Source: Chrysomallon squamiferum
Lineage: Eukaryota; Animalia; Mollusca
NCBI GenBank assembly: GCA_012295275.1
Contig: CM022672.1
Span: 17,484,001 to 17,548,000 of the forward strand
Reading direction: 5' to 3'
DNA length: 64,000 bases
Part shown: in pieces, positions 14,443-28,072 of the stretch
How positions within the stretch are numbered: the first letter of the stretch is position 1
Layout of the letters: each line of letters begins with the position of its first letter
The notes under the pieces: generated by a model
What the model saw: the letters and a program-made list of their open reading frames with translations, nothing else
The model's database searches: none
What the model was told of the DNA's origin: nothing
Position numbers and translations under genes: made by a program

Positions 14443-14675
14443 TAACGATTTATGTGGATATAAACATGTGTTAAAGATGGTGTTTCTGTGTTGTATTGTG
14501 ATTACGTTGTTTCGAAGAGTTGTTAATGTTGTTAATTGTTGTTTTTTTCAGTAAACTATTTTAAATAATATTTATTGCTTTTACAATATTTTCTTTATTT
14601 TCTTTTTTCTTCTCAGTAATATCTGATAATTTGAAAACCTGCAGTTTTAAAGATACATTAAATATAAAATAAATA

Positions 14676-14847
14676 CACACATACAGATGCATACAAGCAT
14701 ACATACATACATACATTCATACATACATACATAATTACATACATACAAGCATACATACATACATACATACATAAAAGCATACATACATACATACATACAT
14801 ACATACATACATACATACATACATACATACATACATACATACATACA

Positions 14848-14879
<32 letters not shown>

Positions 14880-15029
14880 CATACATACATACATACATAC
14901 AAGCATACATACATATATACATATATACATACATACATACATACATACATACATACATACATACAAGCATACATACATACATACAAGCATACATACAAAC
15001 ATACATACATACATAGTATACATACATAA

Positions 15030-15060
<31 letters not shown>

Positions 15061-15081
15061 CATACATACATACATACATAC
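14676..15081. repeat. (ACAT)n tetranucleotide array, about 400 bp
   Basis: Directly visible, with AAGC interruptions. It is the source of the MYVC-repeat ORFs. Confidence 0.97.
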
Positions 15082-15102
15082 AAAGAAACATGCACGAAGG
15101 GT

Positions 15103-15330
15103 GTGTTGATGACTGAATGGTGATGTCTTCCCACCTTCGGAGTGCGGGCGAATGGGTGTCATACGTTCGAGTCTCGTCAACGGCATTTGACGAGGTTTGC
15201 GAGGTCGTGAGAGGTCATTGTCCTCCTGCGTCAGTGCGTTCCCGAATATCGTCTAATGTCATGAGTCTAACAAGACGTGCACAGCACAAAGAATACTCAA
15301 ATCCTGAAATACATACATACATACATACAC
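15103..15330 (+). mobile_element. tRNA-derived SINE (tRNA-Arg(TCG)-like head) with (ACAT)n tail
   Basis: A-box-like TGACTGAATGG 15110-15120 and B-box GTTCGAGTC 15165-15173. An anticodon-like arm CCCAC-CTTCGGA-GTGCG lies at 15130-15146, with residual acceptor pairing TGTTGA/TCAACG. About 125 bp of unique body follows, then ACATACAT repeats. The T-stem is broken, so this is not a functional tRNA. Confidence 0.65.
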
Positions 15331-16744
15331 ACTCAGACACGAACGTACATGTATTATTGCAGAGTTAAAGAAGCTGCATTATACACAGATTTAATGTTAC
15401 ACCAGGAAGCATGGATTCATGGTACTAATGTACATGTTAATTACATGTTATTATTTCTGAAAATATGAAACACTCTTTCACTAATTAAGTGCAAATCAGC
15501 ATTACAGTACTGTCTGAAAACAAAGAGGCATGATTACCTCTAATATCTATGGATGTATATTTGTGCATGTATGTATGTATGTATCTATCTATGTATGTAT
15601 ACATGTATGCGTGTTTTATGTTTGTAGGTGTATTTCTGTAAGTATATATGTATCTATGGATGCATGTAGCTGTGTATGTACGTACTGGCATATTTAGAAA
15701 GGTTTATGACTAGCAATAAGAATAATAGAAAATCGACATTTCGTTGTATTCGACGTTTACCATAAATATAACCTGAAGTGCAAACAAATTTCCATTTTTC
15801 ATTCTTGATATCCCCACATTTGTAACAATGGTTTAATTATTGTAACATAAACAAGTTTCGTCTGTGATATATGTTTTTGCAAATGGACGACAAGTAATTA
15901 TTTGTAGTGTTTATGTTCTGGATCAAAACATCGCAAAATCTTTAACAGCTAATTAAGACTGGTCATTGATCATTTGTTTTCTGCTGTGCATTTTAGTCTA
16001 TTTTCCTGTTTACTGTTTACGATGTCGATTCCCCGGTAACTGAAAGGACGTTAAAAGAATTAAACTTTAATTCGACGTTCTGATCTTTAAAATTATTGAT
16101 TCTAACAGTCTAGAAATCTGTGGTTCTGTGAGACTTGAGCATTCATTAGTTTCACTTTCAAAAGTGCAGCTGATACTTTCAGTTATTTAACACTTTCGTT
16201 CGGTTTGATGGGTACCGAGATAATAACGTACGTACTGGTCACATCATGGTTTTCTTTTTTTTCGGTGTTCAGAATCTGAAAGTGTCACTGGGTAAAAGTA
16301 GGAATCTGTCAGGTGATGTCACAGTCTGGAAACCATCGCGAGCTTTGTAAATCTGTTAGCATTCATCAGCACATTTACAAACTCTGTGTGTGTCTCTTTC
16401 GAAGCGTAGATAAATACGCAAAAATATTTTATCCTCTTCATTCCTTCCAGCTGGTTATCTGGTACGTGTAAAAAAAAGTGAGATGTTGTTGTGCTGTTGT
16501 CAGCAAACACCACTAGAGTCAGGAAGTACGATTTAACGTCTTTAAAGAAAAATCCACTCGCTTCAGATCAGTTTAATTAGGAGCAAATCTCATTCAAATG
16601 AACAGAGAAACAATTTATCCAGTTAGAAACGTCGGTTCTTGCACGGATTGTTATACCTTTAAAAGGAAAAGCTTGTGTGATGCGACACATCTTTTCTGTT
16701 TGTTTCTGACAGGTTATACAATAGCGATATTCGCCATAAGCTTC

Positions 16745-16789
<45 letters not shown>

Positions 16790-17872
16790 GTTCCTAGTTA
16801 TGTCTGAAATTCGATTCCGAGTTCTCATGCTCCAAAGGGACAATGAGATAATTTTAACATTTTATTTTTTTGACGAAGTAATCTTCCTGAAAATCAGAAT
16901 TAGATTTACAATAAGCTTCGATTAGTAATTTGCATCATTTTCTAGACACGTACTTTGTAACACTGACAAGTGAAAACAATAAATGCAGCCATTTATCAAA
17001 GTAAGATCGATTAGCAATCTTTGTAATGATGAAGCCGATTAAATTCATTTTCATTAGTAATATGTGTTATATGTATGAGGTTGTTTTTTTCGGTAGGTAG
17101 GTAGATAAGTAGGCACTGATGTTTGCAATATATTCATGTGATATTCATGTGGAGAGAAGCTGTTTAAAATGTTTATTAATTTATGGAACAAACATCAGTA
17201 TAATATTGTTATACTCATATCTGCTCTAACGCGGTCCTTTGCACTGGCCTTTTTAAATATCTCTTATATTCTACTTTAATGACAAATGTATTTTATCAAT
17301 TCACACTTAATGAAAGAATCGTGTATAATATCTTAATGAAAGATTAATTCATAATCGTTTCAAGAAACAATTAAGAACTGATGTTTGTTTTGTCAAAGAA
17401 TTTCATTTCTTATGACAGTTACTTGCTACTTCCATATTGACGTATCATTAACCAAACCTTCTTTTTCTAATCCATAATTCTCTTCTTTTTTTTGTATTTA
17501 TTTATTATGGGTTTTTTTTTTTTTTTTTAAACCGTTGATACTAAGGAAAATCGTTATTTCAGCGAGGCTGTACTATCAATAAGACCAGTGATGATGTCTT
17601 GTATCAATCTTCGGTTAGAAGAATCTATCAGCTTGTCATTGTAAAGAGTACAAAACGAAATGTTGCTTGGATCTGTACGTTAATTAAATGAAAATGCTTT
17701 TCAGAAACACTAACTCGACAGTCGTGTGGGTGTAGGTTTTCATAACCAGTTCCGTACAAATTTCATGATTTACGTATCTTCGTATTTGTATTTTGCGTTA
17801 GATATGGGTATGTATATGAATGTTAATGATTAAATGTTTTATGTATATGTCTGCATAAGTGTACGTACGTAC

Positions 17873-18418
17873 GATTCCAATTAAAAAGCAAACAGCTCGG
17901 CAGACATTCAGACAAAAGAAAGAAAGAAAGAAAGAAAGAAAGAATCACTGAATGAATGAATGATGAAAAATATAGAAGGATGACGGAAAGAACGAGAAAA
18001 GAGATATCTTATTTTAAGAATATAAACATATTTTTAGTTATATAAATTTAATATGTTTGGTCGTTTATTTATCACTATCATTACTAATAGATTATGCGAT
18101 AATGGTTTCTATATATATATATATAATTATATATATGCATTTTAAAAAAGAATTATGACATTTGTAACGGAAATAACAGTTAATATTATAGAAACCATTA
18201 TAGCATAATCTATTAGTAATGATAGTGATAAATAAATGACCAAATTTATTAAATATTAATAACTGAAAATATGTTTATATTTTTAAAATGAGAAATCTCC
18301 TTTTCTCGTTCTTTCCTTCATCCTTCTCTGCATCTTTCATCATTCATTCGTTCGGTGATTCTTTCTTTCTTTCTTTCGTCTGGATGTCTGCCGAACTGTC
18401 TGCTTTTTAATTGGAATC
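17873..18418. repeat. Long imperfect inverted repeat (arms of about 235-240 bp, AT-rich spacer of about 73 bp)
   Basis: GATTCCAATTAAAAAGCA at 17873 is the reverse complement of TGCTTTTTAATTGGAATC ending at 18418. Complementarity continues through the (GAAA)n/(TTTC)n tracts to ATAATGGTTTCTATA (about 18113) / TATAGAAACCATTAT (about 18187). Identity is roughly 85% by eye. Confidence 0.95.
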
Positions 18419-19099
18419 AATAACCTACGACAGAAACAGAATTATCAAGTTTCACAAATACAGCAGCTTTTCAAGCGAGAAGAAACCTACAACACTGCCG
18501 GACACAGTTAACGACTGTTCTGGATTGTTCTGTTATATCAAACCGCCCATATACATCAGCAAAAAGTTTATGTAACAGGAAGCCTGTAATTAATTTCATT
18601 TATGGAACCGCTGGGCTGAGGGTCGTGGAGTGTCACCAACTCTGAGCATTCCGATATCTTACAGGATCTTATTAATCTAAACGGGATCCAAGAACACTGG
18701 AGATCTATGGATTCCGCTTGGTCTTCCTGTAACTAGTCTCGTCTCTCGCACTCCGGGCTAACGTCTATCGCCTCTTGCACAAAATTTCTGAATATTCCGA
18801 GAGGGTCGCGTGTCTATATTTAGTCTACTCGATCCGCAGTTTTTATTGAAGACGATAATGCCCGGCAACAACAATAAAGTTTAAAACACCTTGTTGTGTT
18901 AGGATTTCGTGATGAAGTCGTTCGGTCGGTGGAAGAGGATTGCAGTCGGAACTTCCAGCGGTCTGTGCAGATCTTGCAAATAGACGTCTGATTGCACACA
19001 GCTTGGAAACATCAGTATTAACTGCGTACTGTCTGACATGTAAATTAAGTTCTAGTCCATAATAGTTAATTACTCGTTCAAATCAATAGTTTCCTATAC

Positions 19100-19179
19100 A
19101 TACATATACAACATAAATAAAAGTTTCCTGCAATAGTTTTTTTTTTTATACATATACAACATAAATAAAAGTTTCCTGC
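19100..19179. repeat. Direct repeat of about 32 bp
   Basis: ATACATATACAACATAAATAAAAGTTTCCTGC is present twice, separated by AATAG and poly-T. Confidence 0.9.
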
Positions 19180-20686
19180 TTTATGAATGTTATGAGCATG
19201 TGTGTTTTATGTATATGTGTAAAAACATATTTCTAATATTTATTCTGTTTTAACAGTTCTGAGATTATTTGTAATGACTAAAACAGGTGTGTGGTCGCGT
19301 AATAGTATTATTGAAGAAACTGAAATATCTGATTACATTTGAACCATGTAAACAACTAATATAAAACTACTGTAGCTGGTCGCTGAATATTTGCAGAACC
19401 TGCTAAGCCTCTAATCGCATCACGTGAGATTATCTACTAATTTCTGCTATTCTTGGTATCTCAGTAATGTTTTATATTACAACCTCGCCAAATTACACTA
19501 ATCTGTGTGATGTTATATCACAAACAGCGATTTCCCGAGCATTAGAGTGAAGACTTTATGACATATGACATTTTAGCATCATTGCTCATGGTGTAATGTG
19601 TTATTGTTGTTACACCCATTTTTTGCAAATCTCACGTCATATTAAATAATGTCACGTGAAGATCATGTGATGTTTTGTTATGGCAATGAATATAATTATA
19701 CCGTTAATTCCATTTGTACTCTTTTTTTTCATATGTTTTATCAAATGGTGTAATATCAAACATTATCATGTTTATATTATTAGAACATTTATATCTGTCA
19801 GCCTAATGTGCAAAGGTATGGGAAATGTACAAAGCGAAAACGAAATAGACCTAACATCATAGTGGTAATCGAAGACATGAAGGATGTTTTCACAAAAGAA
19901 CACTTTATAACTCTGGTTTGTGTTTCTGTCTTGAAGTGTACTCCAGACTGATTCTGACTGCCTGTTTCTGAACCTTGCAGTTCAGTTAATCCTCTGTAGC
20001 TATACAGCCATTTGTGGGTTGCTTCTACCAATTACGAGAATGTGTGTCAAACACTGACGACAATCACCAAAGAAAGAAAATCAAATCCTCTTGATAAAAT
20101 CTGTTGTTGTTTTTTTTTGTTTAAATTATGAACTGTCAACATTTTGGATAGCTATGTGCATCAAAAGGAAATCTTTTAGTTTCTGAATTGTATACGAATC
20201 ATGATAGGCATTCTCTCTCTCTCTCTTTTTTTTTTTTTTTTTTCGTCTTTTATCAAACGGTTTAAACGAGGAAAGAAATCCTACAAATACAGTTATATAG
20301 CCATACATTTAACTACCATTCTCTGTTTTATGCTTTGCATAATTATTTAATTTTTTTTTTCATATTACATAAGTATCGTGAATGCTTGATAATGCGGAAT
20401 GCCATGTCTAAATTATACTTTTCAGTGTTTGCTGTATAATGCGAACGTAAATTAAAAACCACTGTATTGTCGGCACACTGATATTCTCGTATTTCTTCTC
20501 GAAAAAACGCATATAAAATAAATATTGATTCTGATACGGAATTCCAGCATTTATTAGGATTCACTTTTCTTGCTTGGTGACATTTTCTATACTAACAGCT
20601 AAAAAAAAAAGAATGTCGAAACCATCTCTCTTCACGGATCTTTTCACTATCCTCGTGGAAATGAACATAAAGTGAATAACAAAAAC

Positions 20687-20728
<42 letters not shown>

Positions 20729-22341
20729 AGAATAATTTAAAACTGTGGATTGAAAGCATTCATGAGTAAGAAATGACCCAGTTAGTTTCAAATCTAGTCT
20801 TGTCAAATTATATCTTGAGATCTGACATGTATTCGATAAATAATAATAGGAAAAATAACCAAATATTCCAGCGGACGGTAATCAGAAGCTAAAGCAACCA
20901 AATCGTAAAAAAAATTGAAAATAACGGGTTATTTAGCTCAAACGACCAACAGCTGCCGTTGAAATCCGCACCAATCAGCCTGGCTATCTATCTGATTAGA
21001 AATGATGGAACCCTTGCTGCGATAATTGTCATTACAAACATATCTCAACAGGACAGCGAGTTTTAGCACAGATAGTAACTATCGCATACAATATCTCCGA
21101 GAATGGATTTTGTTTTTCGAAAACATCGTCTCGATACGCTGGAAGCCTTCAGCTCGCATTAATGGACCGATCAGCAGGACGGAGACGTTTCATTTGACAC
21201 GAAGACAAAAGTCAGATCAAACTTAAATATTTTATACTATATTGGTGTGCCATAGGTGAAATCAACTGCACAACTGTAGACGGTTTAACCTACTTCTATC
21301 GCTCTTTATGAAGACATCATACGGAATCCTAGTCCCTGTTTTTCTACACTTTGCGTCTTACGTTGTATCGTCAAGACAATGTGTAAAACAAACACAGGCT
21401 TGTGATACCATTAAATAATTGATGAGTTCATTTAGATAAATATATGTTCCAGATATATATATTATTTGTAACCTGCTACCTAACCTTTGCATATAATAAA
21501 GTATGGTTACAATGTAATTCGCACTGATTTCTGATTATTTGCCGATCTGATTATTCTAGAACCGGAGCATTTTGAATAAAAATTAATAAGGCAGATTTGA
21601 AAAATATTAGAATAACGTGAAAAAAAGTGTCATAAGTAGTCTTAAGAGATTTTTGGTTGTTTTTCTATATATAATAATATATAAATAAAATTCATCCCAT
21701 AACGAAATCTCTATGAGTAAAAATGGAAAAAAAATGAAACGTAGACATGCTCTATTATTTGATCCCTCAGTTTTCAATTTACGTTTCCATGTTTACCCCT
21801 GTTTACCAGAGTAACGCGAATCAGCGACTGGATTTTCCAAATTTAAATACTGTTAACAGTGCATTTAAGCACAGTTCGTGCCGACGTGTTTACGACATTT
21901 TATTCGTGTTATTAAAAGCAGTAATCGACCTGCCAGTGCACAGAAAGCCTATCAAACACAGAGTTTTGTCAGTCCACACGCGATTTTGTCCCAAGGCCAC
22001 AATCCTCATGTCCGGCGAATTTACCACTCTCAGCTGATCCGAAATAGAATTAATCTAAACATTCCTTTATGTCATACAAACAACAAACAGTGATTTATTT
22101 CTTTACACGTACGTGTTTTTCAGTGCCATTTCAGCGTTTTATAGTCCATAAGCAAATTCCGCTGACTTCTTGTTTGCCTCTCTCTTTCTGTGTGTGTGCA
22201 TACTAACATAAAAATCGAAACACGGAGAGATTTGGGAGAGGAAAGAGAAAACGAGAAAAAGGAGACAGAGAGAGAAAGAAAAAAGAGAGAAAGAGAAAGA
22301 AAGAAAGAAAGAAAGAAACAGAGATAGACTGATTTGAGAGT

Positions 22342-22452
<111 letters not shown>

Positions 22453-23213
22453 ACTATATTTAAACACAATTAGCATACCGACAGACATTGCAAAAAATCA
22501 CTGGATTCGCGCCTGCCATCAGGATTAATCATGTGGTTATTATCTTGTATTTTATGACGATTATTTAATTATTTATCATGTAAGTATGCAATATTAACGC
22601 ATCTTTCGTCGACAGCACAAAGGAATTAATCTGACTTCCTTTATGATCCTGTTGATTGTTTCGTAATCTTTGTATTTGATTGAGTTCGTCTTCCCCCAAA
22701 AAAGCAGCTTTACTTTGTGCACAGCAAAGCAGGTCTACTGTTGTTTCAGCTACACTGGCATCCGCAATCAGGACTTTCGTAAATAAATAAATAAGTAAAT
22801 AAATAAATACGTTAATAATAATGATTACGATATTGCTTATGACGGTGATCAGCCCGATAATGGATGGCGATGATGATAATTGTTATTATATATATTTATA
22901 TATATATATATTTTTAAATCCAAAAAAAACAACAAAAAAAAAACAATTATAATGAAGCAGATTATGATAAATTAATTAAATTCTTAATTAAATTATAAAT
23001 ACGAACGTCGTGCTAAAAATAAATTACAGTCCTATTTAATTAATCATGAGTGTTTTGATAAAGGTAGTCAACTGAATCAAATTCGCTCTCAATCGATTTT
23101 GGGCTGGATATTTATTTCTCATTTTAGAAGTCTCATGGGGCAAATAATGTGGCTCTCTGCGATACCTTTATCATCCATGGGCAAATAAAACGTGAAACCC
23201 TTTAACTCATTCC

Positions 23214-23250
<37 letters not shown>

Positions 23251-26200
23251 CCCCAGAAAGTTGTTCTCGTTTTTTTTTTTAACTTTGCTATTTCACTGGA
23301 AACCTTGATCGATATCACGATTACATCACGTATCTACACTCACACAGCAACTCTTCTTCTTTCTGCAAGCAAACCGCAAGACTGTGAAGACCCCTTTCTG
23401 CTGAAGAACTGGCTCCAGTCACGGTTTGAAAACGTGCAGGCATTATCCTATATCACAAGAGTTATCGCTTTAATCCGTCAAAACTGTATTGATTTTGTCG
23501 AGATTTCTTTTTTTTTTTTTTTTTTCCCGCAGTATATTTATTTATTTATGGCTTGGTTGTATAAGAAATTTGTTTTTGGGGAAATTAGAAGTCAGAGATA
23601 AACAAATAAATGAATTGGGTTACAAAATATTTTTATTTTACATTAGTAAATTAACAAATGCGTGACTGAATAAATGAAAGAATATAATTTGAGCTATAAA
23701 TGACAAAATATCCTCTGAATATGAACGCTCGTGAAATTTCAAGAACGGGAAAAGCGAATATATAAATTGTTATTATTTACATGTGACGCACAATTTGTCT
23801 TAATATTATGGTTTTAAATTATTTGGGGAAAAAGAGATTGATTAGTATTGAAGAAAATTTCATAAAATTAGTACCTCAGGATACTTATAATGAAATCATT
23901 GAGGTTTTACTGAATAACACTGAACTGTCTTGTCAAATTATACACATTAATTATTGCAGTAGTTTAGTCCATACTATTATATTGACTCAAACGAAAAATG
24001 CTGTTTATTTATATTTCGAAATATTTCCATAATTCAGAAGAAAAAATACTTCATAATTTTTTTCAACAACAGTTTGCTAACTTAATTTAATTTAACAAAC
24101 AGTTCAATTCTTCTTCTTCTTCTTCTTTTTCTAATAATAATAATAATAATAATCATAGCAACAACAACAACAAGAATAGAAAGAAGAAAACAGCAGTAAA
24201 TAATATCAGTTTGATACTGACTGTTTTTGAATTTGCACAAGTTATAGCAGTAGTAGTAGTAATAGCTGTTGTTGTTGTTGTAGTGTACTAATGTACAAGA
24301 GAGTAGTAGAAACAGTGCTGGGATGATGGTTGTTGCAGTGGAGTAGTCATGGAGTTGGTAATGAAATTTGCATTTGCAGTCGTAATGATAATACTGGTAG
24401 TAGTAGCAATGGCACTTGTTGTAGTAATAGTAATGGTACTAATGGCACTAGTAGTAGTAGTAGTAATCATAGTGGTCGTAGCAGTAGTAGTCGCTGTGAT
24501 AATGATGGTAGTTTCGCAACAATAATTATAGTGGTAACAGTAATATTGATTGAAAAACTTTTTTTATCGTTGATATCGGTCAACGTCGCTGTTCATCAGA
24601 AGTTAATAACTCAGTTGTTATTTTTTTAACTCACGGAGACTCGGAGCTTCTTTTCGCGTCACACTGTTATAAAACGATGGACAATAAGTATGTGTGATTC
24701 ACAGAACCTATGAGATAATACATCATGGAATTAATTAGCTGTTATTTGGAAACTGTAAAAAAAAAAAAAAAATAACATATTATTTTTGTTAACAAAAAAT
24801 ATATTATCGTTTATTAAAAAGATGTTATAATAACAAATATCTGATGGACAACAATTGCGATGATAATGATGATGATCAGGACAAAATATTCTTATGGAAA
24901 ACAACAACAATATTAATAACGGAAAGAAGAAAAAAAGATAATAATTTAGTGATGTGCTGATGATATATCATATGCAGTACTTACAGAGGTATTTGTTTAA
25001 AGTGATAGTATTGGCCTCTGCACTAATCACAATAACAGTAGTAGTTTGATGGAAATAGCATAGTACGCACAGTTATAGCAGAAGCACTTGTACTGTTCGT
25101 CATGGTGATTTTTATTAGTATTCGCATAATAATGGTTTATTGGCATATATATGTTTTCGTGTGGCAAGATTATTGTTACTAATCGTAATGATAAATACAC
25201 GGAAAGAGCGAAGCATGAGCGTTACAGCATGGCATCTGATTCTGCGAAACACAAAACCGTTAGAGATAAATGGACGAGATGAAAACAAGGCAGTCGTCTA
25301 ATTCGTACCGCCATCTGGTTTCGTAATAAATCTTAGGAAGAAGATATTTCATACCAGCTCCATAATGAGATACAGCATGTGTTAGTTGTCCTCTTGGTAT
25401 TTGAGAAAATAATGTTTCACAGATTAAATTATTGTCGTATTGGCCCCGTGGGAGAGAAAGGATTATCATCAAGCTGACATTTCAGTGTGGTGTTGAAATG
25501 CTGATGAATTCTTGTTATTTGCAACAAGTAATTGGGTGTGTTTTTTGTGTTTTTTTTAAACGGTTGTAGTGTTGGATCAAGTGTATTATGATTTCAAATA
25601 AAGGAAAAGTTCATTGGGGGCTTTACTTTCTTCTTTCTCGGAGCTGTCTGTGAAAACAGTTTTGATGATTCCTGGTACAAAAGGAGTCAGTAGTTTCTGG
25701 TTATTGTCATATTTTGATAACGTACCTGTTTCCAAAAGAAAAGTGTTGCACAGCTTAAAGCATTCAGATTTGGAAGCAGGTCGCATCAATGCCTTATCTA
25801 ATAAACTAGTTTTAGTATTTATTCTTTCTTTCTTTTATTTCTTCTCTCTTCCTTTTGTGTTTACCTTCTAATTCGTTCTATGTTGTTGTTGTTGTGATTT
25901 TTTGTTTGTTATTATTTTCGCATTCTGTTTTCCTATAATTTTTCATTCTTTCATTTCTTTCATTTTCTGTCTCTTTCTTCTTTTCTTTTTTTTCCCCATT
26001 CTTTTTCTTCTTATCATTGTCGGCAAAGAATTTCAAGACATTCATTTAAATCACTTGTTAGAGGAAAGTAAAAACGTAGGCGTCTGACAGGTTTGCGGGT
26101 TTCCATTATTAAAGATGTCTTTGTGATTCTAGTGTTCTCACAATATATAGACAGTGTGTAATTATTACTCAGCAACATTTTGCTATCACATTTATTTTGT

Positions 26201-27199
26201 GTGAACACAGCTCTGACAAACAGAAGTTACGTGTTGAGACTGATGATGTCTTGTAGTTTATTTGTCGTTCATTCACAGCTGTTTACATTTCCTAATTAAC
26301 AAGTGAATAACGAAGATATACAACGATCTCTTTAGTAGTTTTCTTCTTCTTCTTCACTGTCGGAGAGGTTTTATATGTCTGCTGGTTTTGTGGTTGTTGT
26401 TATTTCTTTTGTTTGCTTTTTTTTTTTTTTTTTTTTTTGACACGTAGGCATAGAACTAGATATTTCTATCATACTAAACTTTTGTTCAATCATATTACGT
26501 CACATTTATGGTTTCAAGTTTATGGTTATTCTTCAGTTCTTTAACAACAACAACAACAACAACAACAACAATAATAATAATAATAATAACAACAATAAAA
26601 AATGGCTGATATAAAACAAAAGCATTTTTAGTTAAGATTTATTTATTCATTTTCAACAAACCGAGAAGATAAAATATTAATAACATGTAACCTGAAGATC
26701 ATTTGTTGTTCTAATAAAGTACAAATAAAAGAGTATTTCGTAATCTAATATTAATAATGTAGGAAACAAAACAATGCTTCTTTTGTTTTGTTTATAATCG
26801 CCTAGACATCATAAATTATTATTTCACATTTCATTTTGGAATATTCACTAAGAAATAAAAAAAAAAAAAAAAAAAAACTTCAGAGCCGATATCGATTTGC
26901 CTGTTTTGCTAAATGAGCTTCCAAATTAATAGCATATTATGTAACCATGGTTTCTTAAACAATATACCTTATAAACTAAGCTACGTTCGAAAGAAAGGGT
27001 AGGCATCGATCTTTTGTTTTGCTGATCACAAAAGGAACAACTAGGACAGATTCTGTATCAACACGAACCACAGTAACTGCCAATTAAAATTAAACATGCT
27101 TTATTAGAGACGTCAGCGCTCACCATTATTCCAGTTTCTCTATAATTTATCATGTTCACGAGTATATATTTACGTCTGTTAGCTGACTTTATTTCTTTT

Positions 27200-27274
27200 T
27201 AATAATAATGATGATGATGATGATTGTGATGATGATGATGATGATGATGATGGTGGTGGAGGTGATAATGATGA

Positions 27275-27306
<32 letters not shown>

Positions 27307-27335
27307 ATGGTGGTGATGATGGTGTTCGTAGTAGT
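27200..27335. repeat. (ATG)n/(GTG)n microsatellite
   Basis: Directly visible. Confidence 0.95.
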
Positions 27336-27485
27336 AGTTTTTGTTGTTGAGATGGTGGAAGTAGTAACTTCACATCTTCGTTTATCTTTCTGATTGTACG
27401 AAAGTATTTCTAATCATGTTACCTCGGTATATCTGTATGCGAGAAATGTCATACATTTCTCTTTGGTTTTAACTTTATCATACAT

Positions 27486-27568
27486 TTTTCACTGTGTTAT
27501 ATCAGAACATTAGTGTTATATTTCACACTGTGTTATATCAGAACACTGTTGTTAAATTTCACACTGTG
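27486..27568. repeat. Short tandem duplication, unit of about 36 bp x about 2.3
   Basis: CACTGTGTTATATCAGAACA occurs twice, followed by a third TTTCACACTGTG. Confidence 0.85.
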
Positions 27569-27734
27569 CAGTCATTAGACAAGGACACATGGAGCAGAGA
27601 CTCGCAGTCCCCGGGGAATGTGTAAGAACCCATCCAATCCAAATGGATTTGGCTGGTTGTTAATAAATAATATATAGTATTCTAAAGTGGAAATTCAGCA
27701 TGCAGTAAAAAAAAAAAAAATTATCACTTTATAA

Positions 27735-27746
27735 CATACATCCATA

Positions 27747-27802
<56 letters not shown>

Positions 27803-28072
27803 TACACACACATTCACACACACACATACACACACACTCACACACATACAACACACACACAAACATACACAGACATATAAAGGGTGAGAGAAATTGGGAT
27901 TTACATATATACATACTTACAAAAATACATACATACACACTTACATATATATACATACATACACACTTACAAACATACATACATACATACATACATACAT
28001 ACATACATACATACATACATACATACATACATGCAAACACCCCATATACACACCCCATACAAACACACACAT
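27735..28072. repeat. Compound (CA)n/(ACAT)n microsatellite
   Basis: Directly visible. Confidence 0.95.

Noticed and set aside
15103-15185. Functional tRNA-Arg gene
   Set aside because: The T-stem and anticodon stem are mismatched, the variable region is oversized, and a SINE-like body and tail follow.
14647-15186. Long ORFs of MYVC, ERER, SLSL, HTHT, poly-I/Y/M type here and throughout the ORF track
   Set aside because: They are translations of microsatellites that lack stop codons. Many also use TTG/GTG starts that do not apply to a eukaryote.
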